Virus record (IMG/VR): IMGVR_UViG_3300012983_000033
Location: 75,672 to 139,671 of that record
Origin: a virus
Lineage: Duplodnaviria > Caudoviricetes
Reading direction: 5' to 3' (one strand)
Length of the DNA: 64,000 nt
Shown here: in pieces, positions 42,431 to 53,679 of the stretch
How positions within the stretch are numbered: the first letter of the stretch is position 1
How the letters are laid out: every line of letters begins with the position of its first letter
The notes under the pieces: generated by a model
Told to the model about the DNA's origin: nothing
Database searches by the model: none
The model's input: only the letters and a program-made list of their open reading frames with translations
Position numbers and translations under genes: made by a program

Positions 42431-44283
42431 AAGATATACAGTCACTCTCATTTAAAGACGGCGTTCGTCAGAGAATTGCGATGTATCTTGGTTCTGCAGA
42501 TATGCAGGGCGTGTATAATGCTATTCAAGAAATTATTTCAAACTCAATAGACGAGTTCTATATGGGCTATGGTGATAAAATTGAAATCGGTCTCGCACCT
42601 GTTAAGGAAGGACAAATGGTAACAATTACTGACCACGGCCGCGGCATTCCGTTCGGTATTAAAGAAGATGGTAGTAATGTTCTTGTTGATATTTTTTCAA
42701 AGGCTCATACGGGTGGTAAATTTGATGATAAGGTTTACAACTCTGTTGCTGGTTTGAATGGTATCGGCGCGAAGGCAACTTGTCTTTCTTCTTTGAAATT
42801 TAATGTAAGCGTTGCGCGTGGTGATAAACAAGCCGTAGCAAGTTGGGAGAAGGGTGAACTTGTTTCTTATAGAGAATTGGAAGCTCATAACTGTCAGTTT
42901 GGTACTTCAATTCAGTTCTGTTTGGATCCTGAAGTGTATAACCTTGAACCAATTAATATTAAATTTGATGTGCTTTGTGAGAAGTGTAAGAATTTGAGTT
43001 ATCTTACAAAAGGACTTACATTTGAACTTCACGATTGCATGGACGGCGGCGATAGAATAGTAACTTATTGTGCAAAAAATGGTCTGCTCGATCTTATTAA
43101 AGATAACGCAGTAGACGGACTCCATACAACACCCGTATATTATGAGCTTGAAGACGGCGCGAATAAGTGCGAAGTTGCGCTTATGTGGACTCGTGGTCGT
43201 GAAAAATCATTTACTTTTACGAATGGTTTGTTCCAGTCAGAAGGTGGTACATCACTTACTGGTGTGAGAACTTCTATTACAAACTTTATTAAGAAGGAAT
43301 TTAAAGAGGGTTTTGAGGGCGATATGGCTCGTACTGGTTTGGTATATGCGGTTGCTTGTAAAACTCCGAATCCTTCTTTTGCAAATCAGACAAAGACAAA
43401 AATCAATAACCCCGAACTTCGTGGACTCGCGCAGAGGGCTACAACAATGGCTCTTCAGAACTTTAAAGTAAGACGAGCTAACGAATATAAGAGCGTTATT
43501 GATGCTTTGACGCGTGAAAAGAAAGCTGCGGCTGCCGCAGAAAGAGCGCGTAAGCAGGTTATGGAAGCTTCAAAAGATGTTGAAAAGAACCAGAAGAAAA
43601 AGGTTTTTGCAACAGACAAGCTGAAAGATGCCGAGTTCTTAGGTGAAGATTCAATCCTTCTTATTGCAGAGGGTGATTCTGCTATGGGTGGTCTTGCTCA
43701 GGCAAGAGATTATAAGAAATATGGTATTATGGCTATTCGTGGTAAAATTATCAATGCTTTAAGTCACCCCGAAGAAAAAATCTTTCAGAATGAAGAAATC
43801 AAACTTCTTTTGAGTGCAATGAATATCGTTCCCGGTAAGTACGATGCGAAGAAGCTTCGTTATGGCAAGCTCGCAATTTGTACTGACGCCGATGCCGACG
43901 GTTATCACATTGGTTTGCTTATTATGGCGGCGCTCCGTTTTATTGCGCCTCAATTTATTGAAGAAGGTCGTTTATTCTGGTTGAGATCTCCACTCCATAT
44001 TGTTACAAGCGGTAAGACTGAGAGTTATTACTTTACTGATGAAGAATTCGAAGCAGCTAAGGAAGCTGGTAAGATTAAAGGTGAAGTTATCCGTAACAAA
44101 GGTCTTGGTTCTCTTGAACCCGAGCAGGCTCATCGCTCAATGTTTACAGAAGAATTCCAGAGAATGGACCCGCTTATTCCTGATCCTGATAGTATTATTT
44201 TACTTGAGGAGTTAATGGGTAAGGATGTTGAACCGAGAAGACAGTTTGTTAATGGTATTGACTTCTCAGAGGTGAGAGAATAA
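42412..44283 (+). CDS. gyrB: type II topoisomerase (gyrase) subunit B
   Basis: EIISNSIDE, DHGRGIP, GLNGIG, EGDSA, DADADG, KGLG. Confidence 0.9.
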   Translation: MSDYGIKDIQSLSFKDGVRQRIAMYLGSADMQGVYNAIQEIISNSIDEFYMGYGDKIEIGLAPVKEGQMVTITDHGRGIPFGIKEDGSNVLVDIFSKAHTGGKFDDKVYNSVAGLNGIGAKATCLSSLKFNVSVARGDKQAVASWEKGELVSYRELEAHNCQFGTSIQFCLDPEVYNLEPINIKFDVLCEKCKNLSYLTKGLTFELHDCMDGGDRIVTYCAKNGLLDLIKDNAVDGLHTTPVYYELEDGANKCEVALMWTRGREKSFTFTNGLFQSEGGTSLTGVRTSITNFIKKEFKEGFEGDMARTGLVYAVACKTPNPSFANQTKTKINNPELRGLAQRATTMALQNFKVRRANEYKSVIDALTREKKAAAAAERARKQVMEASKDVEKNQKKKVFATDKLKDAEFLGEDSILLIAEGDSAMGGLAQARDYKKYGIMAIRGKIINALSHPEEKIFQNEEIKLLLSAMNIVPGKYDAKKLRYGKLAICTDADADGYHIGLLIMAALRFIAPQFIEEGRLFWLRSPLHIVTSGKTESYYFTDEEFEAAKEAGKIKGEVIRNKGLGSLEPEQAHRSMFTEEFQRMDPLIPDPDSIILLEELMGKDVEPRRQFVNGIDFSEVRE

Positions 44284-45351
44284 TGGAACGTGGACGGCGT
44301 AGAAAGGCTGGCTTATATGAAGATTGGTGCGATATTCCAATAGAGGGCGCTTTAGAAGAAGTAGTAAAACCATTAACTGATTATGAAATAGTTGATATAA
44401 TAAATATTAGGATAAAAACTGAAACAGATGAAATTGTCTGTTGGGAAAATCCTAAATATAAAAAGGAGCAATAAAATGCGAGTTATTGAAAGAAAACAAC
44501 CATTAGAAATTGAAATTATTTGTACCGAATGTCATTCTCATTTGGCTTATATAAAAAATGACATAAAGGTAGTTTCAATGATTCGAGAAAGACAGTTGCA
44601 TACTGCCGAGGTAATTAAATGTCCTATTTGTGGTGAGTTTGTAATTATTAGAGAAATAGATTAAAATTTAAGAAAAGAGAGAAAATTGATTTTTCTCTCT
44701 TTTTTTGCTATAATAATTATAGATAAAAATGAAAGGAATGATGATATGAAAACACCTTTTTTCAATTTATGTAAAGAGCCAATATCGTTTTATATCAAAG
44801 GATTAGATTTTATATCCTTAGATGATGCGAAAAAATTTCTTGAAATAAATAAAAATTTTTCAATTGCTGATTTAGAAATTTTAGTATATACAATTGGAAG
44901 ACCGAATTACATAAACATTGAAGCTTCTATCAAAGAAGAAATTGTGGTATTTTATGATGATAAAGAAATTCAATGGAAATGTGAAGAAGATTGTGATAAT
45001 TGTGTAGCAAATCCATTTAATTAAAACGAAAGGAATAGTAATATGAAACGAGTAATTATTTCACCTCAGGAAAGTGATATGGGTTGTGGATATGGAGAGA
45101 TTCTTACTGAAGACGCAACATTAAAAGAATTCCTTGATTACTTTAAAAAAGAAACCAAAGCTTGGGGAACAATGACGATTTATTATCCAAGTGGTAAAAT
45201 TGTTAGAAAATTTGACTATAATCTTTATAATCGCAACTGTAATGTTTTTTATCACAATATTGACGGTTGGATAATGAAATATAAAGTTGATAAAGCAACA
45301 TTTAGATATTGTTTTATGAGTGAAGATTATGAGGTATATTTAAAAAAATAA
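44283..45351 (+). other. four small hypothetical CDSs between gyrB and gyrA
   Basis: ORF track; one has a CxxC..CxxC Zn ribbon. Confidence 0.5.
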
Positions 45352-45394
45352 AATGAAATGAATCAACTGATATTGGATTGGAGGTATATAAACT

Positions 45395-47746
45395 TTGAGT
45401 GATTTAAAATCAATTATTAATGAAAGCTTTACTCAATATGCAGGTGCTGTTCTACAAAGCCGTGCGCTCGTTGATGTACGAGATTGTTTAAAGCCTTCGG
45501 CTCGTCAGATTTTCTATTGTATGGATAAATACAAATATACTTCTGACAAACCCTATAGTGCAAGTACTGCGCCCGTAGCTGAAGCGATGAAACACTTCTA
45601 CATTCACGGTGATGGTTCTTGTCTTGGTATTATTATGAGAGCTGCACAGCCTTTTGCTATGCGTTATCCTCTCGTTGATGTTCACGGTAACGTCGGTAAT
45701 TTGATGAGTTCTGGTAACTGGGCAGCGCCTCGTTATACAAAATCTCGTCTTTCAAAAATGTCAAAATCTCTTTTCGCAGACATTGACAAAGATACAATAA
45801 GCGAATGGAGAGATAATTTCGCAGAAGATGAACAGTATCCCGCAGTTCTTCCTTCAAAAGGATTTTACAATATTGTAAATGGAACAAGCGGTATTGGTAT
45901 CGGTATGGCTTCGTCAATCCCGCAGTTTAATATTAAAGATGTTAATGCAGCTTTGATTAAATTGCTTTGGGAGCCAACAACACCTTTTGAAGATATTTAT
46001 TGTGCACCTGACTTTGCAACTGGCGCAATCCTCCTCAATGAAGAGCAGGTAAAAGAAAGTCTTAAAAATGGTACTGGCTTTGCTTGTAAGTTGCGCGCGG
46101 TCATAGAATATGACACAAAAGAGCGTTGCTTGGTAGCTACTGAAATCCCTTATGGTGTTTATACAAATACTATTTGTGGAGAACTTGAAGCTATTTTGAA
46201 TGATGAGGACAATCCCGGCATTGATAGATTTAACGATTTGACAGGTAAAACACCTCTTATCAAAATCTATCTCACAAAAAATGCAAATGTTGATAGAGTT
46301 ATCAAGTATCTTTATAAGAATACTTCACTCCAATCTCACTATGGCATTAATATGACAATGCTTGAGGACGGTAGATATCCGAGAGTGTTTGGCTGGAAAG
46401 AAGCACTTCTTCAACACCTTAAACACGAAGAACTCGTATATCGTCGCGGTTTTGAATTTGATTTGGCAAAAATCAATAAGCGTATTCATATTCTTGACGG
46501 TTTGTTTATTGCTCTTGCAAATATTGAAGAAGTGGTTGCAATCATTAAGAGTTCTACATCTACTGCGGCGGCTCGTGAAAAATTACAGGAAAAGTTCTTA
46601 CTAAGTGATGCTCAGGCAAAGGCTATTCTTGAAATGAAACTTTCTCGTTTAGCAAGTCTTGAAGTTAAAAAACTTGAAAATGAAAGAGAAAGCCTTGTTG
46701 CAGAAAAAGAAAAAATTGAAGCAATCCTTAACAATAAGGAACTTTTATATATAGAAATCGAAAATGGACTTCGCGCAATTGCGACAAAATATGGTGACGA
46801 ACGCAGAACAAAAGTTATGAATATTGAGGGTGAAGAGGATGAACCCGTTGAAGTAAAATCACTTCAGCTTTCTCTTACAAACAAAAACAATATCTTCGTA
46901 ACCGAATCATCATCACTTTATAAGCAGAAACGCGGCGGAGTTGGCACAAAGCTCAAACTTGGTAATGGCGAATTTGTACTTTCATCAATTAATATTGAGA
47001 ATGTGGATACAGTAATGTTTTTCACAAATACGGGCAACCTCTATAATTGCTCTGCAACTGCGCTTATGCTTAATACTCTTGTGGCAATTGAATCAGTATG
47101 TGCTGTTAAACCTAATGAGCAGGTTGTTGCGATTTCTTCAATGAATAAGAAAAATACAAAGCCTCATATTCTTTTCTTTACAGAAAAAGGTATGGTTAAG
47201 AAGTCTCTCGTTTCTGATTATAATACAAAAAGAACAACGGGAGTAAAAGCTCTAACTCTTGATAACGGCGACTGTATCAAGTCAATCATCTTCACAGATT
47301 CCGATAGAGTTGGAATTTTGACAGAGCTCGGAAATTTTGTTATAATTGAAACAAAGGATATAAGAGCAATCGGAAGAACTGCAAAAGGAGTTAAGGCAAT
47401 TAAACTTAATGAAGGCGATTGTGTTGTAAGTGCAAAAATTATTCCTACAACAACAACTGATATTGCATCAGTAAGCAATATTGGTTTAATTAAGAAAACT
47501 CCTATCGCAGATTTTGGCGTACAGGGTCGCGGTACGAAGGGCTCGAAGATTCAGAAAATTGGTGAAGATGAGTGGATTGCGGACTTCTATCCTCTCACTA
47601 CAGAAACCGAAATTCTTGTTGCTTCAAATAATTCTTGTATTAAGTTTAGCGTTTCTGAAATACCAACACTCTCAAAAGGTGCGGCCGGTAGTCGCTCTAT
47701 TAAATTAAGTCCAAATTCTAACATTGTTGGAATTTCAAAATCGTAA
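45395..47746 (+). CDS. gyrA: type II topoisomerase (gyrase) subunit A
   Basis: RDCLKP, HGD, AAPRYT (catalytic Tyr), GyrA-box-like QKRGGVG, pinwheel repeats. Confidence 0.9.
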   Translation: MSDLKSIINESFTQYAGAVLQSRALVDVRDCLKPSARQIFYCMDKYKYTSDKPYSASTAPVAEAMKHFYIHGDGSCLGIIMRAAQPFAMRYPLVDVHGNVGNLMSSGNWAAPRYTKSRLSKMSKSLFADIDKDTISEWRDNFAEDEQYPAVLPSKGFYNIVNGTSGIGIGMASSIPQFNIKDVNAALIKLLWEPTTPFEDIYCAPDFATGAILLNEEQVKESLKNGTGFACKLRAVIEYDTKERCLVATEIPYGVYTNTICGELEAILNDEDNPGIDRFNDLTGKTPLIKIYLTKNANVDRVIKYLYKNTSLQSHYGINMTMLEDGRYPRVFGWKEALLQHLKHEELVYRRGFEFDLAKINKRIHILDGLFIALANIEEVVAIIKSSTSTAAAREKLQEKFLLSDAQAKAILEMKLSRLASLEVKKLENERESLVAEKEKIEAILNNKELLYIEIENGLRAIATKYGDERRTKVMNIEGEEDEPVEVKSLQLSLTNKNNIFVTESSSLYKQKRGGVGTKLKLGNGEFVLSSINIENVDTVMFFTNTGNLYNCSATALMLNTLVAIESVCAVKPNEQVVAISSMNKKNTKPHILFFTEKGMVKKSLVSDYNTKRTTGVKALTLDNGDCIKSIIFTDSDRVGILTELGNFVIIETKDIRAIGRTAKGVKAIKLNEGDCVVSAKIIPTTTTDIASVSNIGLIKKTPIADFGVQGRGTKGSKIQKIGEDEWIADFYPLTTETEILVASNNSCIKFSVSEIPTLSKGAAGSRSIKLSPNSNIVGISKS

Positions 47747-47902
47747 TTTATAGGGTTTGAAAATTTGAAAAAAAGTGAAAATCCTATTATAATTATTATA
47801 GAAAGTTAAGAGAAACAAATCTCTAACTTCGTGATTAGGTATAAAGACAGGAAGTCTTTACACATATATAAAAATATTTTATTAAACAAGGAGAGAAAAA
47901 CA

Positions 47903-48151
47903 ATGAAACTCACAGAAAATCAGGCAAATGTAATCAACTATCTCAGAGACAATGGTGGAAAGGTTTCCGTTCCAGAACTTGCTGCAGGTCTTGACAAAAC
48001 AGAAAAACAGATTGGCGGTGTTCGTCTTGGTCTTGTAAAGAAAGAACTCATCACTTATGAAAAAGTAGCTGGTGCAGGTGCAGACGGCAAAGATCTTGCT
48101 TACTTTGTTATCACAGACAAAGGCGCTAACTACGAATCAATCGAAGACTAA
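47903..48151 (+). CDS. winged-helix DNA-binding protein
   Basis: LTENQANVINYL...SVPELA...LVKKELI...ITDKG (MarR-like). Confidence 0.6.
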   Translation: MKLTENQANVINYLRDNGGKVSVPELAAGLDKTEKQIGGVRLGLVKKELITYEKVAGAGADGKDLAYFVITDKGANYESIED

Positions 48152-48252
48152 TTCGTTAACGGCTTATAGGGGCTATTAATTTAGCCCCTTAAATTGTCTC
48201 AAATTAACAAATGAAAAGAAGAAAAAGAATAAAATAAGGAGAATAAGATAAT

Positions 48253-49164
48253 ATGATCAGACAGGCATTTAATCAGGTAGAAATTGAAGGTATTTTGAGC
48301 GAAATCAATCTTGACTATAAATCATACAACGATGCTAATGGTAAACCCGTTGAAGCAATCGGTGGAGATGTTAAGGTTAGAGTAAGACAGGTTATCAATA
48401 AAAACGAAGAACCCGTTACTCTTGAAATTCCCGTATTTATGTTTTCACAGAAGTTTAAGAAGGATGGTAGTCCCAACTCTTCATATAACTCTATTCAGGA
48501 TATTAAAGAAAACTTCAAATCAATCAATATGGCAGGTGGAGAGGCAGGCGCCGATGGTATCCGTTTTGTAGGTAAATATTGCTCACTCGAAATGAATGAG
48601 TTCTATAACCAGAAAGGTCAGCTTGTTTCTTATCCTCGTGTAAAAGCAAGTTTTGGTTCAAAAGTTGAACGTAGTAAAGTTAAAGAAAAAGCTAATTTCA
48701 CAGTTGAACTTATGGTTTCAGATATGATTGAAGAAGAAGTAAATGATGAAGCAACAGGTCGTCTTATCGTTGTAGGTTCAGTGCCTCAGTACGGCGGCAA
48801 GGTTGATGTAATCAAATTCATCGCTTCAAACGAGGGTGTTAAATCTGGTATTCAGCAGATGTGGGCTGAAGCAGATACTGTTAAAGCTTCTGGTAAGCTT
48901 AACTTTACATCAAGAACAGAGACATATATTCCCGAAGTGGCTCTTGGTGAAGCAGAAGAACAGACAAGAACTATTTCAGTAAGTGAACTTATCATCACAG
49001 GTGGTACAGAAGCATACGATCAGAACGCTTTTGAACTTGAAGATGTTCGTAAAGGTCTTACAGAAAGAAAGGCAAGACTTGATGCAGCTAAAGATAAGAA
49101 TAAGTCAGGCGCAAAAACTCGTCAGACTCCCGCAGCAGGTCTTAAAGACGATCTCGGATTTTAA
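48253..49164 (+). CDS. putative single-stranded DNA-binding protein
   Basis: NQVEIEGIL OB-fold start, acidic DDLGF tail, replication context. Confidence 0.6.
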   Translation: MIRQAFNQVEIEGILSEINLDYKSYNDANGKPVEAIGGDVKVRVRQVINKNEEPVTLEIPVFMFSQKFKKDGSPNSSYNSIQDIKENFKSINMAGGEAGADGIRFVGKYCSLEMNEFYNQKGQLVSYPRVKASFGSKVERSKVKEKANFTVELMVSDMIEEEVNDEATGRLIVVGSVPQYGGKVDVIKFIASNEGVKSGIQQMWAEADTVKASGKLNFTSRTETYIPEVALGEAEEQTRTISVSELIITGGTEAYDQNAFELEDVRKGLTERKARLDAAKDKNKSGAKTRQTPAAGLKDDLGF

Positions 49165-49182
49165 TAATAGGAGGGGTAACTA

Positions 49183-50160
49183 ATGGCTCTTGATTTATTA
49201 AATCTTCAGCCGTCCGTTATTAGCCGAGATTTAAAAGGTAAATTTGTTTGTATATATTCAATTCCTAAGGCGGGCAAGACATCACTTGCCTGCCAATTTC
49301 CAAAAAACCTTTTATTCGGTTTTGAACACGGTTGGAACGCAATTTCAGGCGCAATGGCTGTTGACATCACAAAATGGTCAGACTTTAAGCTCTATTTGCG
49401 CCAGCTTGAAAAGGCAGAACTAAAAGAAAAATATAATACTATTACAATTGATACTGTTGGACTTGCTTGGGAAATGTGTGAGCAGTATATTTGTACACAG
49501 AACGGCGTTCAAAAGATTGCAGATATTCCTTGGGGCGGTGGTTACACAGCTTGTAAAAAGGAATTTGAATCTTGTTTGCGTAAAATTACCCAACTTGGTT
49601 ATGGTTTGGTAATTATTGCTCATAGTGAGAAGAGAGTTGAAAAACGCTCTGATGACTCAGAAGTTGAAATTCTCGGTCCTGCTATTCCAAAACGCGCATA
49701 CGATATTGTTAATCAGTTAGTGGATATTATTGGATATATTGATGTGACTTGGGATGAGGACGGCAATAGTGAACGTTGGCTTTATACAAGAAAAACTCCT
49801 ACTATTATGGCAGGTAGTCGTTTCAAATATCTTTCTCCAAAAATCAAGTTCGGTTATCAGGAGTTAGTAGATGCTATCGCTGATGCAATTGAAAAGAGCG
49901 AAAAACTTGATGGTGCGGTGGTTGTCGATACAGAAGTAAACACTGTTGCTGAAACTGAACCTCTTCACTATGATGTAATTCGTGCTGAAGCTCAAGAACT
50001 TTGGGGCAAACTTATTGCTCAAAATGAAGAAAACGCAGCTCGTATTCTGAAAAAAGTTGAAATGATTTTCGGAAGACAAATGAAACTCTCAGAGATTACA
50101 GAAGATCAGGTTGATCTATATAATCTTGTAGTTATTGAAATGCGTGAAATGTTAAAATAA
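49183..50160 (+). CDS. Sak4-like AAA_24 ATPase/recombinase
   Basis: YSIPKAGKT, TIDT, IAH, VDIIGY. Confidence 0.75.
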   Translation: MALDLLNLQPSVISRDLKGKFVCIYSIPKAGKTSLACQFPKNLLFGFEHGWNAISGAMAVDITKWSDFKLYLRQLEKAELKEKYNTITIDTVGLAWEMCEQYICTQNGVQKIADIPWGGGYTACKKEFESCLRKITQLGYGLVIIAHSEKRVEKRSDDSEVEILGPAIPKRAYDIVNQLVDIIGYIDVTWDEDGNSERWLYTRKTPTIMAGSRFKYLSPKIKFGYQELVDAIADAIEKSEKLDGAVVVDTEVNTVAETEPLHYDVIRAEAQELWGKLIAQNEENAARILKKVEMIFGRQMKLSEITEDQVDLYNLVVIEMREMLK

Positions 50161-50224
50161 TCGTTAGCATTAACGATTCATATACGGTCGGCGGTAGTCT
50201 TTTTAAGGCTACCGCTTTTTAAAC

Positions 50225-50253
50225 TTGACAATTTTTTGTATTTTTGATATAAT
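50225..50253 (+). promoter_or_regulatory. sigmaA consensus promoter (representative of about 20 similar early promoters)
   Basis: TTGACA-17 nt-TATAAT with extended TG; similar TTGAWT...TATAAT sites precede most operons. Confidence 0.8.
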
Positions 50254-50281
50254 AAATATAGAAGATTGGAGGAATATAAAA

Positions 50282-50965
50282 ATGGGTAAAATTTATACTT
50301 GCTTATTTTGTAAACTAAAATTTGATACCGATGAAGTCGAATGGGATAGATATGGAACCCGTTATGCACATAAGTCGTGTATTGAAAAACACAATGAAAA
50401 AGAACGACTAAAAGAAGAAAAGAGAAAGAACAAAGCAGAAGCGCCAAAGTCAACCACAAAACGAAAGAAAAATATTCGTAAGTGTTATTACTGCGGCGGT
50501 GATGTGGATATAACCACAGATAAATTCTCAAAAGTTCACTCAAATAGATATGCTCATAGAGAGTGTCATATCAAAAACTATACACCCGATGAAGAGTATA
50601 TTCCAAAGATTTATGAATATTTGAAATCAATTAATTTTAATTATAATTATACTCAATGTGATAAGCAAAGAGTTAATTTTATTAAAACAATGGGATATTC
50701 AAATGAAGAAATCTATCTCACATTAAAATATATGTATAGTATAAAGAAATTATCACCCGAGCGATCTGAAGGTCGTATCGGTTTAGTGCCATATCTGAAA
50801 GAAGAAGCAATCCAATATTTCCATAATATTGAGAAACGTCAAGAAGAGATTGGTATTGCTGTTGAAAAACAGCTTGAAAAAGGAGTAAAGGTTATTAGGG
50901 TTCTTGCGCCCGAAAAACCAGTAGATAAAGGCTATATAGATTTGGATTCGATTGGAGATGATTAA
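50282..50965 (+). CDS. Zn-finger protein upstream of the helicase (possible loader)
   Basis: Two CxxC...HxxC motifs. Confidence 0.55.
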   Translation: MGKIYTCLFCKLKFDTDEVEWDRYGTRYAHKSCIEKHNEKERLKEEKRKNKAEAPKSTTKRKKNIRKCYYCGGDVDITTDKFSKVHSNRYAHRECHIKNYTPDEEYIPKIYEYLKSINFNYNYTQCDKQRVNFIKTMGYSNEEIYLTLKYMYSIKKLSPERSEGRIGLVPYLKEEAIQYFHNIEKRQEEIGIAVEKQLEKGVKVIRVLAPEKPVDKGYIDLDSIGDD

Positions 50966-52633
50966 TTGCTTGATAAGGACACTGTACTTCAAGTAATTGG
51001 CGGATTAATGAAGCAGCCGCAATACTTGAGTGAAAAAGATAAATATAGTCTCTCAATAGGAGACTTTCCAAATCGTTTTGAAAAATATATCTTTTCCGCT
51101 ATTTATAATCTATATAAAGATGGCGCAAGAGTTATTACTCCAACCGATATTGATAATTATTTCAATGCTCATGCGCCGGCAAAAGATTTATTTGAAAAAA
51201 ATAATGGCATAGAATATCTTCAAGATGTTTTGGAATTCTGCGAAGCAGATAACTTCCCATTTTATTATAAAAGATTAAAGAAATTTAATTGTTTAAAAGA
51301 CCTTAAAAAATATGGTTTTGATACTTCTTCTATATATTGTGAAGATTTAACGAATCCGAAGTTTAAAGAAATTAATGATAGATTTGAACAAATTGAAATT
51401 GGGCAAATTTTTGAATCAGTTAAAAAAGGCTTAATGCTTATTGAAACAAATTATTCAACTGGCGAAGCCTCAGAAACAAACTCTGCGGCCAGTGGTGTTC
51501 GTCAGTTACTTGAAGACTTGAAAGTAAGACCAGAAGTTGGAGCTTCACTTCAAGGTGATATCTTTAACACAATCTGTCGCGGCGCGCGTAAGACAAAGTT
51601 TTATATTCGAAGTGCTTCGAGTGGTGTTGGTAAAACAAGACACGCACTTGGAGATGCTTGTCAGATTGCTTATCCGCTTCGTTTTAATACGGAAAATTGG
51701 CAGTGGGAATCAACAGGTAATTGTGAGAGAACTTTATTCATCGCGACTGAGCAGGAACTTGATGAAATCCAGACATTGGTGCTTGCATATTTAACTGGTT
51801 TTAACGAAGAAAACTTCTTGTACGATAACTTCAATTTTGAAGAAAGAAAAATTATTGCACAAGCTGTTCGTGTTATGGAAACTTATAATGAGAATCTTTT
51901 TATTGTAAGATTGTCTAATCCGAATATTGAGCAGATTAAGGCGGTTGTAAGACAGAACTGGATTTTACATAATATCCAAAATGTGTTTTACGACTATATC
52001 TTCTCAAGCCCAAGTTTGCTTAATGAATTTAGAGATTTACGAATCCGTGAAGATGTTGCTTTGAATTTGTTATCAACAGCTTTAAAGGACTTGGCAGTTG
52101 AGTTAAAGATTTTTGTTATGTCTGCAACTCAGACAAATGCGAAATCTGACGAAGATAAGGCAATTAAGAATGAAGCTGTTATTCGCGGCGCGCGTTCTAT
52201 TATTGATAAGTGTGATATTGCGTGTGTTGTTTCAAGAGTAACAAAAGAAGATGAAGAAATTCTTGCAATTCCTATTCAAAGATGTGGAATGAAGCCAAAT
52301 CAAGTTACTGATGTTTATAAGGTTAGACGAGGTAAGTATACGAATGTTCGTATTTGGAGTTATGTCGATTTAGGAACTTGTCGTAAAATAGATTTGTTTG
52401 TAACAAACGAGCGACTTCAAGAAATTGATGATTTCCAATATCTTCGTTTTGATTTTGGCGAAGAAGAGGATTTAACCAAATTTATTGAAAGTCTTAATGA
52501 CGAGGTTGAAAAACCGTTAACGGCATTTCAACCAGTTTCAAACGATGATGAAGAAGAAAGAGAAGCAAACTCTCTTGATAAAGTTGATGAAGAAGATAAG
52601 AAAGCGAGAGGATTATTTGGTGATCTATTATGA
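50966..52633 (+). CDS. DnaB-like replicative helicase
   Basis: SASSGVGKT, FYDYI, SATQ, RGARSI. Confidence 0.85.
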   Translation: MLDKDTVLQVIGGLMKQPQYLSEKDKYSLSIGDFPNRFEKYIFSAIYNLYKDGARVITPTDIDNYFNAHAPAKDLFEKNNGIEYLQDVLEFCEADNFPFYYKRLKKFNCLKDLKKYGFDTSSIYCEDLTNPKFKEINDRFEQIEIGQIFESVKKGLMLIETNYSTGEASETNSAASGVRQLLEDLKVRPEVGASLQGDIFNTICRGARKTKFYIRSASSGVGKTRHALGDACQIAYPLRFNTENWQWESTGNCERTLFIATEQELDEIQTLVLAYLTGFNEENFLYDNFNFEERKIIAQAVRVMETYNENLFIVRLSNPNIEQIKAVVRQNWILHNIQNVFYDYIFSSPSLLNEFRDLRIREDVALNLLSTALKDLAVELKIFVMSATQTNAKSDEDKAIKNEAVIRGARSIIDKCDIACVVSRVTKEDEEILAIPIQRCGMKPNQVTDVYKVRRGKYTNVRIWSYVDLGTCRKIDLFVTNERLQEIDDFQYLRFDFGEEEDLTKFIESLNDEVEKPLTAFQPVSNDDEEEREANSLDKVDEEDKKARGLFGDLL

Positions 52634-53679
52634 TTGATTACGAAGGCATTATTGACAATCTACAAGATAACGCAATAATTCAGCTTATGACTCAGCTTGG
52701 GGCAAATTCATATACGGAAAATGATAATTATATCATCTTTCCAACAATTTGCCATAATGTTCATAGTGATGAAGCCAGTATGAAATTATATTATTATAAG
52801 AATACTCACGTATTTATGTGTTATACAGAGTGCGGCGGTATGAATATATTTCAATTCTTAAAACATTATTATGAAACAAGAGAAATTGAATATGACTGGT
52901 ATGAAGATATTTATAGTGTTATTCTTAATTGTTCAGTGTCAAAGGATTTTGAAGGATTGACAGAAAGTAGAATATCTTATAAAGAAAGATATACTGCTCG
53001 TGGATTTAAAGAGCTTCAAGAATATCCTGAAGGCGTACTTGATCTTTTTATAAAATTTTATCCAGTGGAATGGTTGAATGACGGTATTTCAAAAGAAGCT
53101 ATGGATAAATTCAATATCTTATATTCAATCTCGCAAAATAAGATTATAATTCCACATTATGATATTAATAATCGTTTAGTTGGAATTAGAGGTCGCGCGC
53201 TGAATGAGTATGAAGTTGAGAACTATGGTAAGTATATGCCAATTAAGCTTGAGAATATTTGGTATAAACATCCACTCTCGCTTAACTTATATGGTATTAA
53301 TAAAAACGCAGAAAATATAAAAGAGAATGGTATTTGTTTCTTGTTTGAAAGTGAGAAATCAGTACTTCAGCTCGAAAGCTTTGAAAGACCAAACTGTGGC
53401 TTAGCAGTGTGCGGCAGCTCGTTTAATAAGCATCAACTCAATTTATTATTGAAAAATTGCAGACCAAAAGAAATTGTTATTTGTTTTGATAATGAGGAAG
53501 AGCCTCATAGTACAAAATATTTTGATAAACTTTGGGCAATTGGAAAAAAATATTCTAATTATTGTAATTTTTCATTTATATATGATAGAAAAAATATTAC
53601 AGAAAAGAAAGATTCTCCTACAGATAAAGGAGAAGCGATTTTTGAAGAGCTTTTAAAGAAACGTGTGGTGGTAAAATAA
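52630..53679 (+). CDS. DNA primase
   Basis: CH...CYTEC Zn finger, GIRGR, FESEKS, CFDN TOPRIM. Confidence 0.85.
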   Translation: MIDYEGIIDNLQDNAIIQLMTQLGANSYTENDNYIIFPTICHNVHSDEASMKLYYYKNTHVFMCYTECGGMNIFQFLKHYYETREIEYDWYEDIYSVILNCSVSKDFEGLTESRISYKERYTARGFKELQEYPEGVLDLFIKFYPVEWLNDGISKEAMDKFNILYSISQNKIIIPHYDINNRLVGIRGRALNEYEVENYGKYMPIKLENIWYKHPLSLNLYGINKNAENIKENGICFLFESEKSVLQLESFERPNCGLAVCGSSFNKHQLNLLLKNCRPKEIVICFDNEEEPHSTKYFDKLWAIGKKYSNYCNFSFIYDRKNITEKKDSPTDKGEAIFEELLKKRVVVK